From: an uncultured bacterium
GTDB lineage: Bacteria; Patescibacteriota; Dojkabacteria; J137
DNA length: 64,000 nt
Direction of reading: 5' to 3'
Assembly (NCBI GenBank): GCA_963700155.1
Contig: OY969472.1
Span: 253,511 to 317,510, forward strand
The number at the start of each line of letters is the position of its first letter. Position 1 is the stretch's first letter. The position numbers and the translations under genes were made by a program. A model generated the notes under the pieces. It was not told the DNA's origin, made no database searches, and saw only the letters and a program-made list of their open reading frames with translations. Shown here piece after piece: positions 26,878-36,691 of the stretch.

Positions 26878-27864
26878 ATGGAAAATGCAGCTGAAAACTT
26901 CCAAAAAATTATAGAACAATATCAAAGATTTCTTTCAACACCTAACCCAGATGATCCGAATTTTGAAGATAAAAATACTGCTTTTAATTATCTTAGAGAT
27001 CTAGATGAGAATAAAGCTTATGAAATTCTTCACCATCTTGACAGACTTGGGATAGATCGGAACTTTTTAAGAAGAGTTACTGTTGACCATAGAATTGAAA
27101 TGCTTCAACCAAATATTGGTGGTTACTTTGCTTTAGACAAAAATTTTATTGGTCTTAACTCAGCGATTCTTAGGCACGGAAGTGTTAATACTATAGTTCA
27201 TATTATTTATCACGAAGCATTACATGCAGGAGTAATAAAAGATTTGGAAGGAGTTAGAGTAAAAGATGAAGCACTTGTGGAATTCATTACAGTTCAAAAA
27301 ATGAAACAGGAATTCGGAAGAGATGACTTTATTTCTGGATATACCAATATCGTTCATGAGCTTGAAATTCTTTTAGGAGTTGAAGATGACAATTTTGATA
27401 TTAATAGAATTATTGAACAAATTAACTCAAGTAATATAGAGATGCTTGATAGATTCCTGGAAATTATTGTATTGAATCCTTTATTGGAAAGCTGGAATGT
27501 TGACTACCTAAGCTACTGGGAAATAGAAGATGAACTAAAGAAGAAATGGAATGCTGTTCTAAAATTATTCCCAAGATTAGTTAATGATATTGATTCTCCA
27601 AGCCGTGGACCTCATGAAGAAGCTTTAATGAGAGTTGACGAATACAAGTTAGAAAATTTATTAAGAAAAGCTGCTGAAAGGATTTTTCATCATCCAGTTC
27701 TCATCTTTCAAATTCTGCAAAAAGTAAATAATAATTTAGGAAAGTACATTCAAGATGAAAAATCCCTTAGATTCGCTATGAGAGATTTAGGATATGGTTA
27801 TCTTGTAGATTTTGCAGAGGAAAATGGAATAGATATATTTTCATTAACTACTTACGAGCAGTAA
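26878..27864 (+). CDS. Putative zinc metallopeptidase-like protein (HEXXH + E)
   Basis: IIYHEALHAG followed by DEALVE. Confidence 0.65.
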   Translation: MENAAENFQKIIEQYQRFLSTPNPDDPNFEDKNTAFNYLRDLDENKAYEILHHLDRLGIDRNFLRRVTVDHRIEMLQPNIGGYFALDKNFIGLNSAILRHGSVNTIVHIIYHEALHAGVIKDLEGVRVKDEALVEFITVQKMKQEFGRDDFISGYTNIVHELEILLGVEDDNFDINRIIEQINSSNIEMLDRFLEIIVLNPLLESWNVDYLSYWEIEDELKKKWNAVLKLFPRLVNDIDSPSRGPHEEALMRVDEYKLENLLRKAAERIFHHPVLIFQILQKVNNNLGKYIQDEKSLRFAMRDLGYGYLVDFAEENGIDIFSLTTYEQ

Positions 27865-27936
27865 ACTTGAACTTTAGTAACTTTCCAGTGATAATAGATT
27901 AATTGTTCTAAGATTCTACTTATTATAAAAATTCTA

Positions 27937-28239
27937 ATGCAGCCAAAAGATTCAACTCCTCAACAAACCTCAGATGGTAAAATTCAGCCGGATGAACCAA
28001 CAATGGAAAGGTTAAGAAATCTTGCTCCTATAGGAGATTTGCTTTTTGAAGTTAGCAACGATAATTCAGAAGAAACTTACTTTCTTGCAAAAAGTTCTTT
28101 AGGTAAATTTAAAGACGGAATTACTAAACTTGAACTTCCTCCACAGATTATGAAAGGAATGTTAAACTTAATAAAATATTTAGAAACTAAAATTGAAAAA
28201 AGAAAAAGACAAGCACTTGGTGAATTCTCTAAAGATTAA
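27937..28239 (+). CDS. Hypothetical protein
   Basis: 100-aa ORF; its stop overlaps the next start (TAATG). Confidence 0.6.
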   Translation: MQPKDSTPQQTSDGKIQPDEPTMERLRNLAPIGDLLFEVSNDNSEETYFLAKSSLGKFKDGITKLELPPQIMKGMLNLIKYLETKIEKRKRQALGEFSKD

Positions 28240-29195
28240 TGGAAAGCAAATCTCTTTTAAAAAACTTTATAAGCTTTTTAAGGCATCCACAATATTATGC
28301 CCTCTCAAACAAATCTTTCCTTAAAAAGCTTTCTGATGTAACAAGGCTTATTGCTTTAATGTACTTGATATCAATATTAGCAGGAATACTTATTTCATTT
28401 GTAGTTTTGTCTACAGGTTATGATATTGGTCAAAATGCTGTTGTAGGTCTTGTTGAAACTGGACCTATTCTAACAACAGTAATACTTGGTGTATTTTTAG
28501 CTCCATTAACTGAAGAACTAACATTCAGATTAGGTCTTAGATTTTCATATAAAAAACTTGCTTTAGCTTTAACATTTATATCCATAACAATATTTGATCT
28601 GCTACGAGCTTATGTATTTACAACGCTTCCTGACTGGATTTTAAGTATAAAAAATTTCTTAGGATTAGGAGGTTTGAGCTATCTGGTTGTATTAGTAGTT
28701 TTTGGACTGATTATTTATTTCTTGGCAAAAAGATTTATTAAATATGATAACGCAGAAAAATTTTATGAGAAAAATATAGGAAAATTATTCTACTTTTCAG
28801 TTTTAGCTTTTGGTTTTATACATATAACTAATTATTTTAATCTTGGATCTTTAATTCTTTTAACACCAATATTTATTCTTCCTCAAATTAATGCTGGAAT
28901 ATTTTTAGGATATATCAGAATGAATTATGGTTTTAAATGGAATGTTTTTACGCATAGCATTTATAATTCAATTACTATAATTCCTTTTGTTATTCTAAGT
29001 TTTGGATCTAAAGGTCTTCAATCTTTTTTACACGGGAAAATGAGCATTGTAAGTTTTAATTCCTTACCATCAAGTGATTTAGTATTATTAAGTATATTAG
29101 GACTAGGATTATTAACAGCTCTACTTCTTCTTTTAGGCCTTAACCTACAGTTAATTATTGAATACTTTGTTAATAGAAAAAATCTCGCTTATTAA
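28239..29195 (+). CDS. CPBP (type II CAAX/Abi) intramembrane metalloprotease
   Basis: APLTEELTFR, FGFIH, HSIYN; multiple TMs. Confidence 0.88.
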   Translation: MESKSLLKNFISFLRHPQYYALSNKSFLKKLSDVTRLIALMYLISILAGILISFVVLSTGYDIGQNAVVGLVETGPILTTVILGVFLAPLTEELTFRLGLRFSYKKLALALTFISITIFDLLRAYVFTTLPDWILSIKNFLGLGGLSYLVVLVVFGLIIYFLAKRFIKYDNAEKFYEKNIGKLFYFSVLAFGFIHITNYFNLGSLILLTPIFILPQINAGIFLGYIRMNYGFKWNVFTHSIYNSITIIPFVILSFGSKGLQSFLHGKMSIVSFNSLPSSDLVLLSILGLGLLTALLLLLGLNLQLIIEYFVNRKNLAY

Positions 29196-29288
29196 GTTAC
29201 CAATTTAGAATGTAAAATTTAAGTTAAAGTATAGTAAATTAAATGTAAAATATTTATACTGTTCTTATTAGCTCTAAAAATTACATTT

Positions 29289-29828
29289 GTGAACGATGAG
29301 TTAGATCTTAATAAAATCGGTAGAATGGTCTCGGATAGAGACACATTACTTGCAGAATTATTTCCTTACGCCGAAATTTTCCCTGATGAAATTACAAATG
29401 TAGATCTTAATACTAGAGAAGTTGAAATTAATAGTGAAAGACTATCTATTTTATCTAGCATTATAAATGATGGTGACCTTTCAATGACTATTGATAGTAG
29501 AAAAAGGAAACATTATTTATTAATTATGCGAAGGTTGCTAGAGTTACTTTATACAGTACCAGAAAAATTATTCCCAAAAAACTTTGAATTTACTGTAGAA
29601 AATATTGTTTTCCTCCAAGAATTATATGAAATGGCTAGAAAGTTTTATAGAGATAATATAAGTAGACGTAAATCTTATACTACGATGATAACGGATGATG
29701 TTTTAACAGGAATAAAATCAATAAAAACTATAAAGACGCAAAAATTCGATCCAGAATTTCTTGCTTGGATTATTGATCAAGCAATAGAAGATGAATGTGA
29801 TTATATGAAAGTAAATGGAGAAGCTTAG
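29289..29828 (+). CDS. Hypothetical protein
   Basis: 179-aa ORF, GTG start. Confidence 0.6.
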   Translation: MNDELDLNKIGRMVSDRDTLLAELFPYAEIFPDEITNVDLNTREVEINSERLSILSSIINDGDLSMTIDSRKRKHYLLIMRRLLELLYTVPEKLFPKNFEFTVENIVFLQELYEMARKFYRDNISRRKSYTTMITDDVLTGIKSIKTIKTQKFDPEFLAWIIDQAIEDECDYMKVNGEA

Positions 29829-29831
29829 AAT

Positions 29832-30110
29832 TTAACTTTCTGTAGATTTAGTTAAAAATCTTTTAACTTCTTCAGGTAGTTTGGTGAATTCTTCTTTTTT
29901 TAGATGATCAACTCTTTCAAATTCTTGGTTACTACCTACAGGTCTTCTAAATAAAAATAGTGGTGTAATTTGATATTCCCAATTTTCATTTGAGACAAAA
30001 ATACTATCTAAAACCATACCAGATCTAAGTTGAGATTGTCTTCGAAGTTCTCTTTTCAAATTACTTCTATATGGACTATTGAATTTATCTATATCATCTA
30101 CCCTGCCCAT
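29832..30110 (-). CDS. Small hypothetical protein
   Basis: 92-aa ORF ending KLPEEVKRFL. Confidence 0.6.
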   Translation of the reverse strand: MGRVDDIDKFNSPYRSNLKRELRRQSQLRSGMVLDSIFVSNENWEYQITPLFLFRRPVGSNQEFERVDHLKKEEFTKLPEEVKRFLTKSTES

Positions 30111-30114
30111 GATA

Positions 30115-30384
30115 TTAAATATTATTTATAAAATTATCATCTTCTTTTGCAGCTTCATTAATAAAAAGTTGCAATGAAAAAGGTAAGTCCCAGAAGTTCA
30201 TACACATAACAGCCATATACCAACCTTGATTTGTCAATACTTCAACCACTCCTGATTCATTAATTTTAAATTCATATCCATTATAAGAAATAATTTCACC
30301 AATCTCTGGATATTTTATTCCAAGCGAGTTTAATGAATGTTCAATATCTGCTTGGAGTAATTTCTCTTCACTATATCTATCCAT
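30115..30384 (-). CDS. Small hypothetical protein
   Basis: 89-aa ORF with DLPFSLQLFI near the C-terminus. Confidence 0.6.
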   Translation of the reverse strand: MDRYSEEKLLQADIEHSLNSLGIKYPEIGEIISYNGYEFKINESGVVEVLTNQGWYMAVMCMNFWDLPFSLQLFINEAAKEDDNFINNI

Positions 30385-30430
30385 AATATTAAGTATTCAA
30401 ATTTAAAATACATTTATCTGTTTAATTTTT

Positions 30431-30486
30431 AAAAGCGGCATCAGTGAAAACAATATAGATAATTCTATTATTTGCACTGATACCGC
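30431..30486 (-). terminator. Intrinsic terminator with long stem
   Basis: Minus strand GCGGTATCAGTG...CACTGATGCCGC-TTTT; the G-U wobble and U-tract support the minus strand. Confidence 0.7.
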
Positions 30487-30559
30487 CCCGAACAAGCTTG
30501 TCCCAGGCGGCGATGATTACTATTTAATTGTACTTTAACGAGGTAGGTGATCGCGCTGT

Positions 30560-30745
30560 TTAAACAGCTGCAACCTCAGGCATAATCCCATAATATGCCT
30601 TTACCTCGCTGGGAACCAGTGCCTGTGGCACCGGTTCCCAATCATTGCCCATAAGTGTTTTTTTCTGCCTTTCAATTTTGCCATTTTTCAGGCGAAACCA
30701 TGTATTTCCGCCATCAAAGGAAAAGAGATTTGTATTATTCTGCAC
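30560..30745 (-). CDS. Small protein (61 aa), GC-elevated, SD-led
   Basis: GGAAGG 9 nt before the GTG; 60/120 GC counted over 30541-30660. Confidence 0.6.
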   Translation of the reverse strand: MQNNTNLFSFDGGNTWFRLKNGKIERQKKTLMGNDWEPVPQALVPSEVKAYYGIMPEVAAV

Positions 30746-31000
30746 GATTCTAAACCTTCCGTGTTACATACGACTGGCAATATCATAATCCGCTAGTGGC
30801 CAGCCTCACTGCGAACTACATGAACTTCTATAAATTTTTAGGAGCTTATGTAGTTCGCAGTGAAGTTTGCTTGTCCGAGGGTGAAAACAAAACCTTTGTT
30901 AAAGCTTTGTTTTGTCAATGAGCGTCTAATGAAAGACACTTTCCCTCCAAGGCTAAGCCATTGAAGTCAAAATTAAAAGCATATCAAAAGATAGCTTTGG
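30746..31000 (-). ncRNA. Structured leader (~250 nt) with boxB/boxA-like element and long hairpin
   Basis: Hairpin GTCT-ttcatt-AGAC (30924-30937) directly followed by GCTCATTGACAA (30912-30923); ~27-bp stem at 30804-30865. Confidence 0.55.
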
Positions 31001-31004
31001 GGAG

Positions 31005-31033
31005 AGTATATTATTTAAAAACAACAATGTCAA
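31005..31033 (-). promoter_or_regulatory. Near-consensus sigma70 promoter
   Basis: TTGACA-N17-TATACT. Confidence 0.8.
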
Positions 31034-31219
31034 GATTTTGTCACCAAAAACAGACGACAATACTGTGCATTTAGATATAGATTAATATATATAATGATAA
31101 TATTATGGCAAGAATATTTATAAAAGGAACATTTCCCAATTTAGTATGTTTCACCTCTTATTAATTTTCGGAAACTAAAAAAAATATGATATTATCCACA
31201 TGATTAATTACTTATAAAT

Positions 31220-33367
31220 ATGGATCAATTTCGTAATGAAAATAAACAAATAACTTTAGATGAAGTTCTTGAGATGTTCAACTATGAAGAAATTACATCA
31301 TTTATACTTAGGAATTATTATATTTTGGAAGATGAAAAGGAAAATCTATTAAATTTTATACAAAGCCTTCCCGATTATTATAAATATATTGTCTTTACTT
31401 GCATATTTCAACAATTCGAAGAAGATAAGTTTGACTTTGATCTTATTAATAATTTTGGTGAGCAAAATTTTAAAAGTGATCTTGAATCTGTAATATATGT
31501 GTTTAATTACTTTCATTTCTATGGGACTAATGGTGGCAAAGATGCGAGGAAACAGCTCATTATGCTTAAAGAGAGAATATTAACAAGAGAAATTTTAATA
31601 CCAAATGAAAATAATTATGAATCTGAATCGCAAATAAGGGGCGTACAATTCAATGTTTCAATCTCACAAGTAGAGAATATAGAAGATTTCAAATCGATAC
31701 TGGTGTCAACTTTTGATTATTTTGCTGAATTAATTTATAAAAATTTAGAATTAAGTTTTTCTTTTGAAGATTTTACAAAATTAAGAGAAATCCATCCTTA
31801 TTATTTACTTTTATTAATAAGAGCTAGTAATGTTATTAGCATTGATGTGCATATTATTGTTGATAAAATTATTGAACTAGAAATATATGGTGATGGTTAT
31901 AGAAAATCAAAATTCTGGAGTGACACTAGGGTGTTTGGTAAAAAGCTTACTGATTTAGCACCGACTAAATTAGGAAGTTTCATAAAATCGAGAATGATCT
32001 TAAAACAACATCCATTGAAATACGATAGTAAAGATAATGGTGATAACAAAAGAGAAGAAAACTCTTCAATTAAAAATGAGAATAAAGAAGAAGTAGAACT
32101 AATCGATATTGACTTCACTAATGTTTTATTAGAAACAAACTCAGTTGAAGAATTCGAAAGTATTATTCGATCATATTTTGAAAAGTATATAGATTTAATC
32201 GGGACAACTTTATGCAAGAACTTATCTAGTGAAGACTATATAAAACTTAGCTCATTGCACTTTTACTATTTATTCCTCTTGCTAACAGCTATTCCGGAAT
32301 TAAAGATAAATGCAACAGAAGTTGCGAAAAAAATAACAGAATTTAAAATATTTCCAAATGTATATACAAGAAAAAAGTATTCACAAGATAAAAATTTTAT
32401 AACTTTTAAATTGAAATTTATTCTTCCCGAGAAACTTGAAGACTTTGTTGCAAGAAGAGATGAAATCATATTTAACATTAATGAAACCAGAAGAAGATTA
32501 AATAACTTAGAAGATAATTCTAATGAATTAAGTGAAGAAGATATTGAAGATATTACAGAAACTCCAAATAATAATTTTGAGTATGAAATTCCTCCAAACT
32601 TATTAGGTACAATCGAGCTTTTAAATCTTCCAGAAAGTCTTAAACAAAGTCTTTTTGATTATATATCTAACTTATTGGAATTTAGTGACGCTCAAAAGTT
32701 TTTAGAAAGATTTAGCTTATTTTTAAAAAATATAAAATTGGAGCTGGTTTCAACTTCTGATATTGAATATAAAATAGGTTTGATTAACAGGTTTATATTT
32801 CAACTTGAATCAATAAATTTAAATTATTATATTCCTGAACTTCAAGACACACTAATGTCAGTAGAAAATAGTTACCATTTTTATTTAAATAATAATTCAA
32901 ATTCTTATATTGAGGAGAATGATACAGAGCTACTAAAAGAAGATAAAGAAATGTTATTAAACTTGATTAATGAATACTTTGATTTAGAAATAAAAATTGA
33001 TGAATTTTCAGATTTTAACCAAATTAGGAATAAGCTTTCTATGGTAATTTTTACAGGAAATTACTCAGAAAAATTAAAAGAATTAATAATCTTCTTAAAA
33101 AATAAACTGAAAAATCGACTAAACTCTAGACTATATAGAATATTTATAGAATTAGGCGACTTAGCATATAATTTAATCCCTGAATTACTTAGTAAGAATA
33201 TTATTGAAATAGAAAAAACAAATTTAGGACTAGTAGATAATCTTGAAGATGAGTCATCTGAGAATACTTACGATGAGGAACCTGAAGATTCTGAATTAAT
33301 TTCCGAAGATAACATAGATGAAATGCTTGGTGACTTTGATGTAAATGAACTTACCGAACGATATTAA
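31220..33367 (+). CDS. Large acidic hypothetical protein with ~115-aa internal duplication
   Basis: 715-aa ORF; two related segments at about 31658-32002 and 32120-32468. Confidence 0.75.
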   Translation: MDQFRNENKQITLDEVLEMFNYEEITSFILRNYYILEDEKENLLNFIQSLPDYYKYIVFTCIFQQFEEDKFDFDLINNFGEQNFKSDLESVIYVFNYFHFYGTNGGKDARKQLIMLKERILTREILIPNENNYESESQIRGVQFNVSISQVENIEDFKSILVSTFDYFAELIYKNLELSFSFEDFTKLREIHPYYLLLLIRASNVISIDVHIIVDKIIELEIYGDGYRKSKFWSDTRVFGKKLTDLAPTKLGSFIKSRMILKQHPLKYDSKDNGDNKREENSSIKNENKEEVELIDIDFTNVLLETNSVEEFESIIRSYFEKYIDLIGTTLCKNLSSEDYIKLSSLHFYYLFLLLTAIPELKINATEVAKKITEFKIFPNVYTRKKYSQDKNFITFKLKFILPEKLEDFVARRDEIIFNINETRRRLNNLEDNSNELSEEDIEDITETPNNNFEYEIPPNLLGTIELLNLPESLKQSLFDYISNLLEFSDAQKFLERFSLFLKNIKLELVSTSDIEYKIGLINRFIFQLESINLNYYIPELQDTLMSVENSYHFYLNNNSNSYIEENDTELLKEDKEMLLNLINEYFDLEIKIDEFSDFNQIRNKLSMVIFTGNYSEKLKELIIFLKNKLKNRLNSRLYRIFIELGDLAYNLIPELLSKNIIEIEKTNLGLVDNLEDESSENTYDEEPEDSELISEDNIDEMLGDFDVNELTERY

Positions 33368-33429
33368 CAAGAGCCTTAAAATAGAGATTATACAAGCTCT
33401 AAACCCCTCTTCTGTGTTATAATATCCCG

Positions 33430-35349
33430 GTGTCAGATTTTGAAAAAATACCACAAAAAAATATAAGAAACATCGCTATTATTGCGCATGTTGACCATGG
33501 GAAAACTACGCTTGTTGATGCTTTTTTAAAGCAGAGCCATATTTTTAGAGATAATCAGGAAGAAATGAATCAAGAGATGATTTTAGACACAGGAGAGCTT
33601 GAAAGAGAAAAAGGAATCACAATAAAAGCAAAAAATATTGCTGTAAGATATTCACCAGAAAGAACTAATGAAGAATATAAAATTAATATCATTGATACAC
33701 CAGGTCATGCTGATTTTGGTGGAGAAGTTGAAAGAACTTTGAATATGGCTGATGGATGTATTCTTTTGGTAGATGCTCAGGAAGGTCCAATGCCACAAAC
33801 TAAATTTGTTTTAAAAAAAGCATTAGAACTTGGTCTAAGACCAATGGTAATTATAAATAAAATAGATAAACAGTTTGCTAATCCAAAAAAGGTTTTAGAC
33901 AAAGTAAATGATTTATTTTTAACTCTAGCAACGGAGCCGGAACAATTGGAGTTCCCGGTTTTCTATGCTATTGGAAGAGATGGTAAAGTATTTTCAGAGC
34001 TTCCAGTGGCAGATGCACAAGGAAATTTCCCAGCTGCAGTTATTAAGCCGCTTTTAGAAGAGATCATTAATTTTGTTCCGGCTCCTACCGGAGATGAAAA
34101 TCAACCACTACAAATGCAGGTTACTTCTTTAGAATATGATACTCATTTGGGAAGATTATTAATTGGGAAAATAAGAAGAGGAACTGCAAAAGTTGGGGAT
34201 TCGATTGTAATAATTCATAATGAAGAAGAGAATTCTCCAAAAGACTCTGGAAAAATAAAAAATATCAAAGTTAGAGAAGGTTTAGCTTATATTGATGTAG
34301 ATTCTGCTTCAGCAGGGGAAATTATTGCAGTGTCAGGAGTAGAATCAACAGCAATCGGTGGAACTTTATGTGCTGCAACTACTCAAGAAGCATTACCTAC
34401 TATAAAGATTTCAAATCCATCTGTTCAAATTAAATTTGAAGCAAATACTTCTCCATTCATGGGTAAAGAAGGAAAATTTGTTTCTGCTAAACAACTTCAA
34501 CAAAGATTAGAAAAAGAAGCAGAAACAAACATTAGTCTTAAAATATCTAAAGCAGATGGTGGAGCTTATAACGTAGCAGGACGTGGTGAATTACAACTAT
34601 CAATTTTAATTGAAACTATGAGAAGAGAAGGCTACGAATTTCAAGTTCGAAGACCAGAAGTAATCTTTGAAGAAAGAGAAGGCAAAAAATATGAACCTAT
34701 TGAAGAAGTAGTTATTGACGTACCATCCGATTACCAAGGTACAGTAACACAAGCTCTAAGCGAAAGGAAAGCTGAATTAACTAATCTTGAAAACGAAGGT
34801 AATAATGTAAGATTCACATATAAAATATTAACTAGAAATCTATTGGGTCTTCGTACTCAATTATTAACAGCAACAAAAGGAAATTTAGTCATGAATAACT
34901 TTTTATTAGATTATGTTCCTTACACTCATCAAGAAGAACTTTACCGAAGAGGAGTTTTAATTTCTTCAGATACTGGGACAGCAATGGGATATTCATTGAA
35001 TACTATTCAAGAAAGAGGTGAACTTTTTATTGAACCTGGTACTCAAGTTTATTCAGGTATGATAATTGGAATAAATAAATATGAACAAGACCTGGAAGTA
35101 AACCCAATAAAAGAAAGACAAAAGTCTGCAGTAAGAATGAAGCATGATGAAATTACTCAGACTGTACTAAAAGCAATAAAACCTTTAACTTTAGAATTTG
35201 CTTTGTTATTTTTAAGTAAAGATGAAATTCTGGAAGTAACTCCAAAAAATTTAAGACTTCGAAAACAATATCTTACAAAAACTGAAAGAGATTGGTCCAA
35301 AAGGCAAAATCTTACAGATTTTGCCAAGCAGCAAATGGGAATAGCTTAA
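33430..35349 (+). CDS. typA: Translational GTPase TypA/BipA
   Basis: IRNIAIIAHVDHGKTTLVD, DTPGHADFGGEVER, GPMPQTKFVL, GRGELQLSILIETMRREGYE, EVTPKNLRLRK. Confidence 0.96.
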   Translation: MSDFEKIPQKNIRNIAIIAHVDHGKTTLVDAFLKQSHIFRDNQEEMNQEMILDTGELEREKGITIKAKNIAVRYSPERTNEEYKINIIDTPGHADFGGEVERTLNMADGCILLVDAQEGPMPQTKFVLKKALELGLRPMVIINKIDKQFANPKKVLDKVNDLFLTLATEPEQLEFPVFYAIGRDGKVFSELPVADAQGNFPAAVIKPLLEEIINFVPAPTGDENQPLQMQVTSLEYDTHLGRLLIGKIRRGTAKVGDSIVIIHNEEENSPKDSGKIKNIKVREGLAYIDVDSASAGEIIAVSGVESTAIGGTLCAATTQEALPTIKISNPSVQIKFEANTSPFMGKEGKFVSAKQLQQRLEKEAETNISLKISKADGGAYNVAGRGELQLSILIETMRREGYEFQVRRPEVIFEEREGKKYEPIEEVVIDVPSDYQGTVTQALSERKAELTNLENEGNNVRFTYKILTRNLLGLRTQLLTATKGNLVMNNFLLDYVPYTHQEELYRRGVLISSDTGTAMGYSLNTIQERGELFIEPGTQVYSGMIIGINKYEQDLEVNPIKERQKSAVRMKHDEITQTVLKAIKPLTLEFALLFLSKDEILEVTPKNLRLRKQYLTKTERDWSKRQNLTDFAKQQMGIA

Positions 35350-35356
35350 ATCTATC

Positions 35357-35791
35357 CTATTTTTTTTGTTTGAAATAATCAGGATCAATAATTTCCATTG
35401 CATCTTCATTATAAGCAAGTACATTCACTAATATTATTAATGACTTCTCTTTTTGATCATCATCATAACTCGCAAAATTATCAATAAAACCATCAAGATT
35501 TTTCAAAATCTTATCATTTAATTCTGGGGAAATTTTGCTCCATTTATAATCTTCGACTTCTTCGATACTCATTCCTGTAATCTTCGATAATAAAGACTTT
35601 TCACCATCTAAAATGCTGCTTGGATTATCAACAGTAAAATTATCATTAAAATAAATATCTACTAACATTTTCTGTACTGCATTAGGAATATATGATTTAA
35701 CTCGTTCTGGACTTGATATAATTAAACTTGCTAGATTTTCCTTTTCTTTAACTGTAACTGAAAGTACATCATAATTAGGATTAATTGCCAT
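35357..35791 (-). CDS. Hypothetical acidic protein
   Basis: 144-aa ORF. Confidence 0.6.
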   Translation of the reverse strand: MAINPNYDVLSVTVKEKENLASLIISSPERVKSYIPNAVQKMLVDIYFNDNFTVDNPSSILDGEKSLLSKITGMSIEEVEDYKWSKISPELNDKILKNLDGFIDNFASYDDDQKEKSLIILVNVLAYNEDAMEIIDPDYFKQKK

Positions 35792-35913
35792 ACAAAAATA
35801 TTAAAAATTATATATATACTTATAGGATACCAAAAATAGAAAACTTCTCACAAAGCTTAAATTGTCATTAAAATTACTATATTATGTATTTGTAATTATT
35901 TACAATTTAAATT

Positions 35914-36675
35914 ATGCGGAAATATTTTGTATATCTTGTTCCAATAGCTACTTTAGCAACTTTATTAGTAAATCTTCTCTCTGGCATGGGGAAAATAAAT
36001 GATACAACCCCACAAGCACTTTCTGATTCTTACCCAGTACTTTTTGTTCCTGCAGGATACGTTTTCGCAATCTGGGGAGTCATTTATGTAGGAATGATCT
36101 TGTATACAATTTATCAATTCAGGCATAGAGATGAAGAAGATTTAAATTCAACACGTGAACTGTACGTTGTTGCATCTTTAGCAAATATTTCATGGATATT
36201 CTTATGGCATTACAGACACCCACTCTGGAGTGTTTTAGCAATGGTAATTTTATTAATAAGTTTAATTACAATTTATTTGAAATTAGGAATTGGAGTAAAA
36301 AAAGTTAATAGGGCTAGAAGCTGGATGGTTCAGACTCCATTCAGTATTTATCTTGGATGGATTTCAGTAGCAACAATAGCTAATATCACTGTTGCTTTGT
36401 ATGTTCTTAAGTGGAGCGGATTTGGAATATCTTCTGAATCCTGGTCAGCAATAATGATAATGGTTGCCATGGTTTTAGCATTATTAATGCTTATTAAGAA
36501 GAAAGATACTGGATACGCAATAGTAATAATCTGGGCAGTCTTAGGGATAAATATAAAGTTTCAAGATATTGGAATAATTTATCTCTCCTCACTATTTTGT
36601 GTAGCAATACTTAGTGGATCATTTGTATATACAGCCCTACGGAAATATGAGAATTACATTAAGTTAGAACCTTAA
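35914..36675 (+). CDS. TspO/MBR-like tryptophan-rich membrane protein
   Basis: FVPAGYVFAIWGVIY, NISWIFLWHY, PFSIYLGWISVATIAN. Confidence 0.8.
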   Translation: MRKYFVYLVPIATLATLLVNLLSGMGKINDTTPQALSDSYPVLFVPAGYVFAIWGVIYVGMILYTIYQFRHRDEEDLNSTRELYVVASLANISWIFLWHYRHPLWSVLAMVILLISLITIYLKLGIGVKKVNRARSWMVQTPFSIYLGWISVATIANITVALYVLKWSGFGISSESWSAIMIMVAMVLALLMLIKKKDTGYAIVIIWAVLGINIKFQDIGIIYLSSLFCVAILSGSFVYTALRKYENYIKLEP

Positions 36676-36691
36676 TTTTTATAAAGTACAT

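Noticed and set aside
30431-30870. Integron attC sites or retron msr/msd for the long hairpins
   Set aside because: No consistent RYYYAAC/GTTRRRY boxes across the small genes, and no integrase or reverse transcriptase in the window.
31192-31200. DnaA box TTATCCACA
   Set aside because: Single copy; other matches fall inside genes, there is no cluster, and chance hits are expected at this AT content.
26396-33367. Integrative island at tRNA-Pro
   Set aside because: ORFan-rich, but I found no integrase and no duplicated tRNA 3' end.
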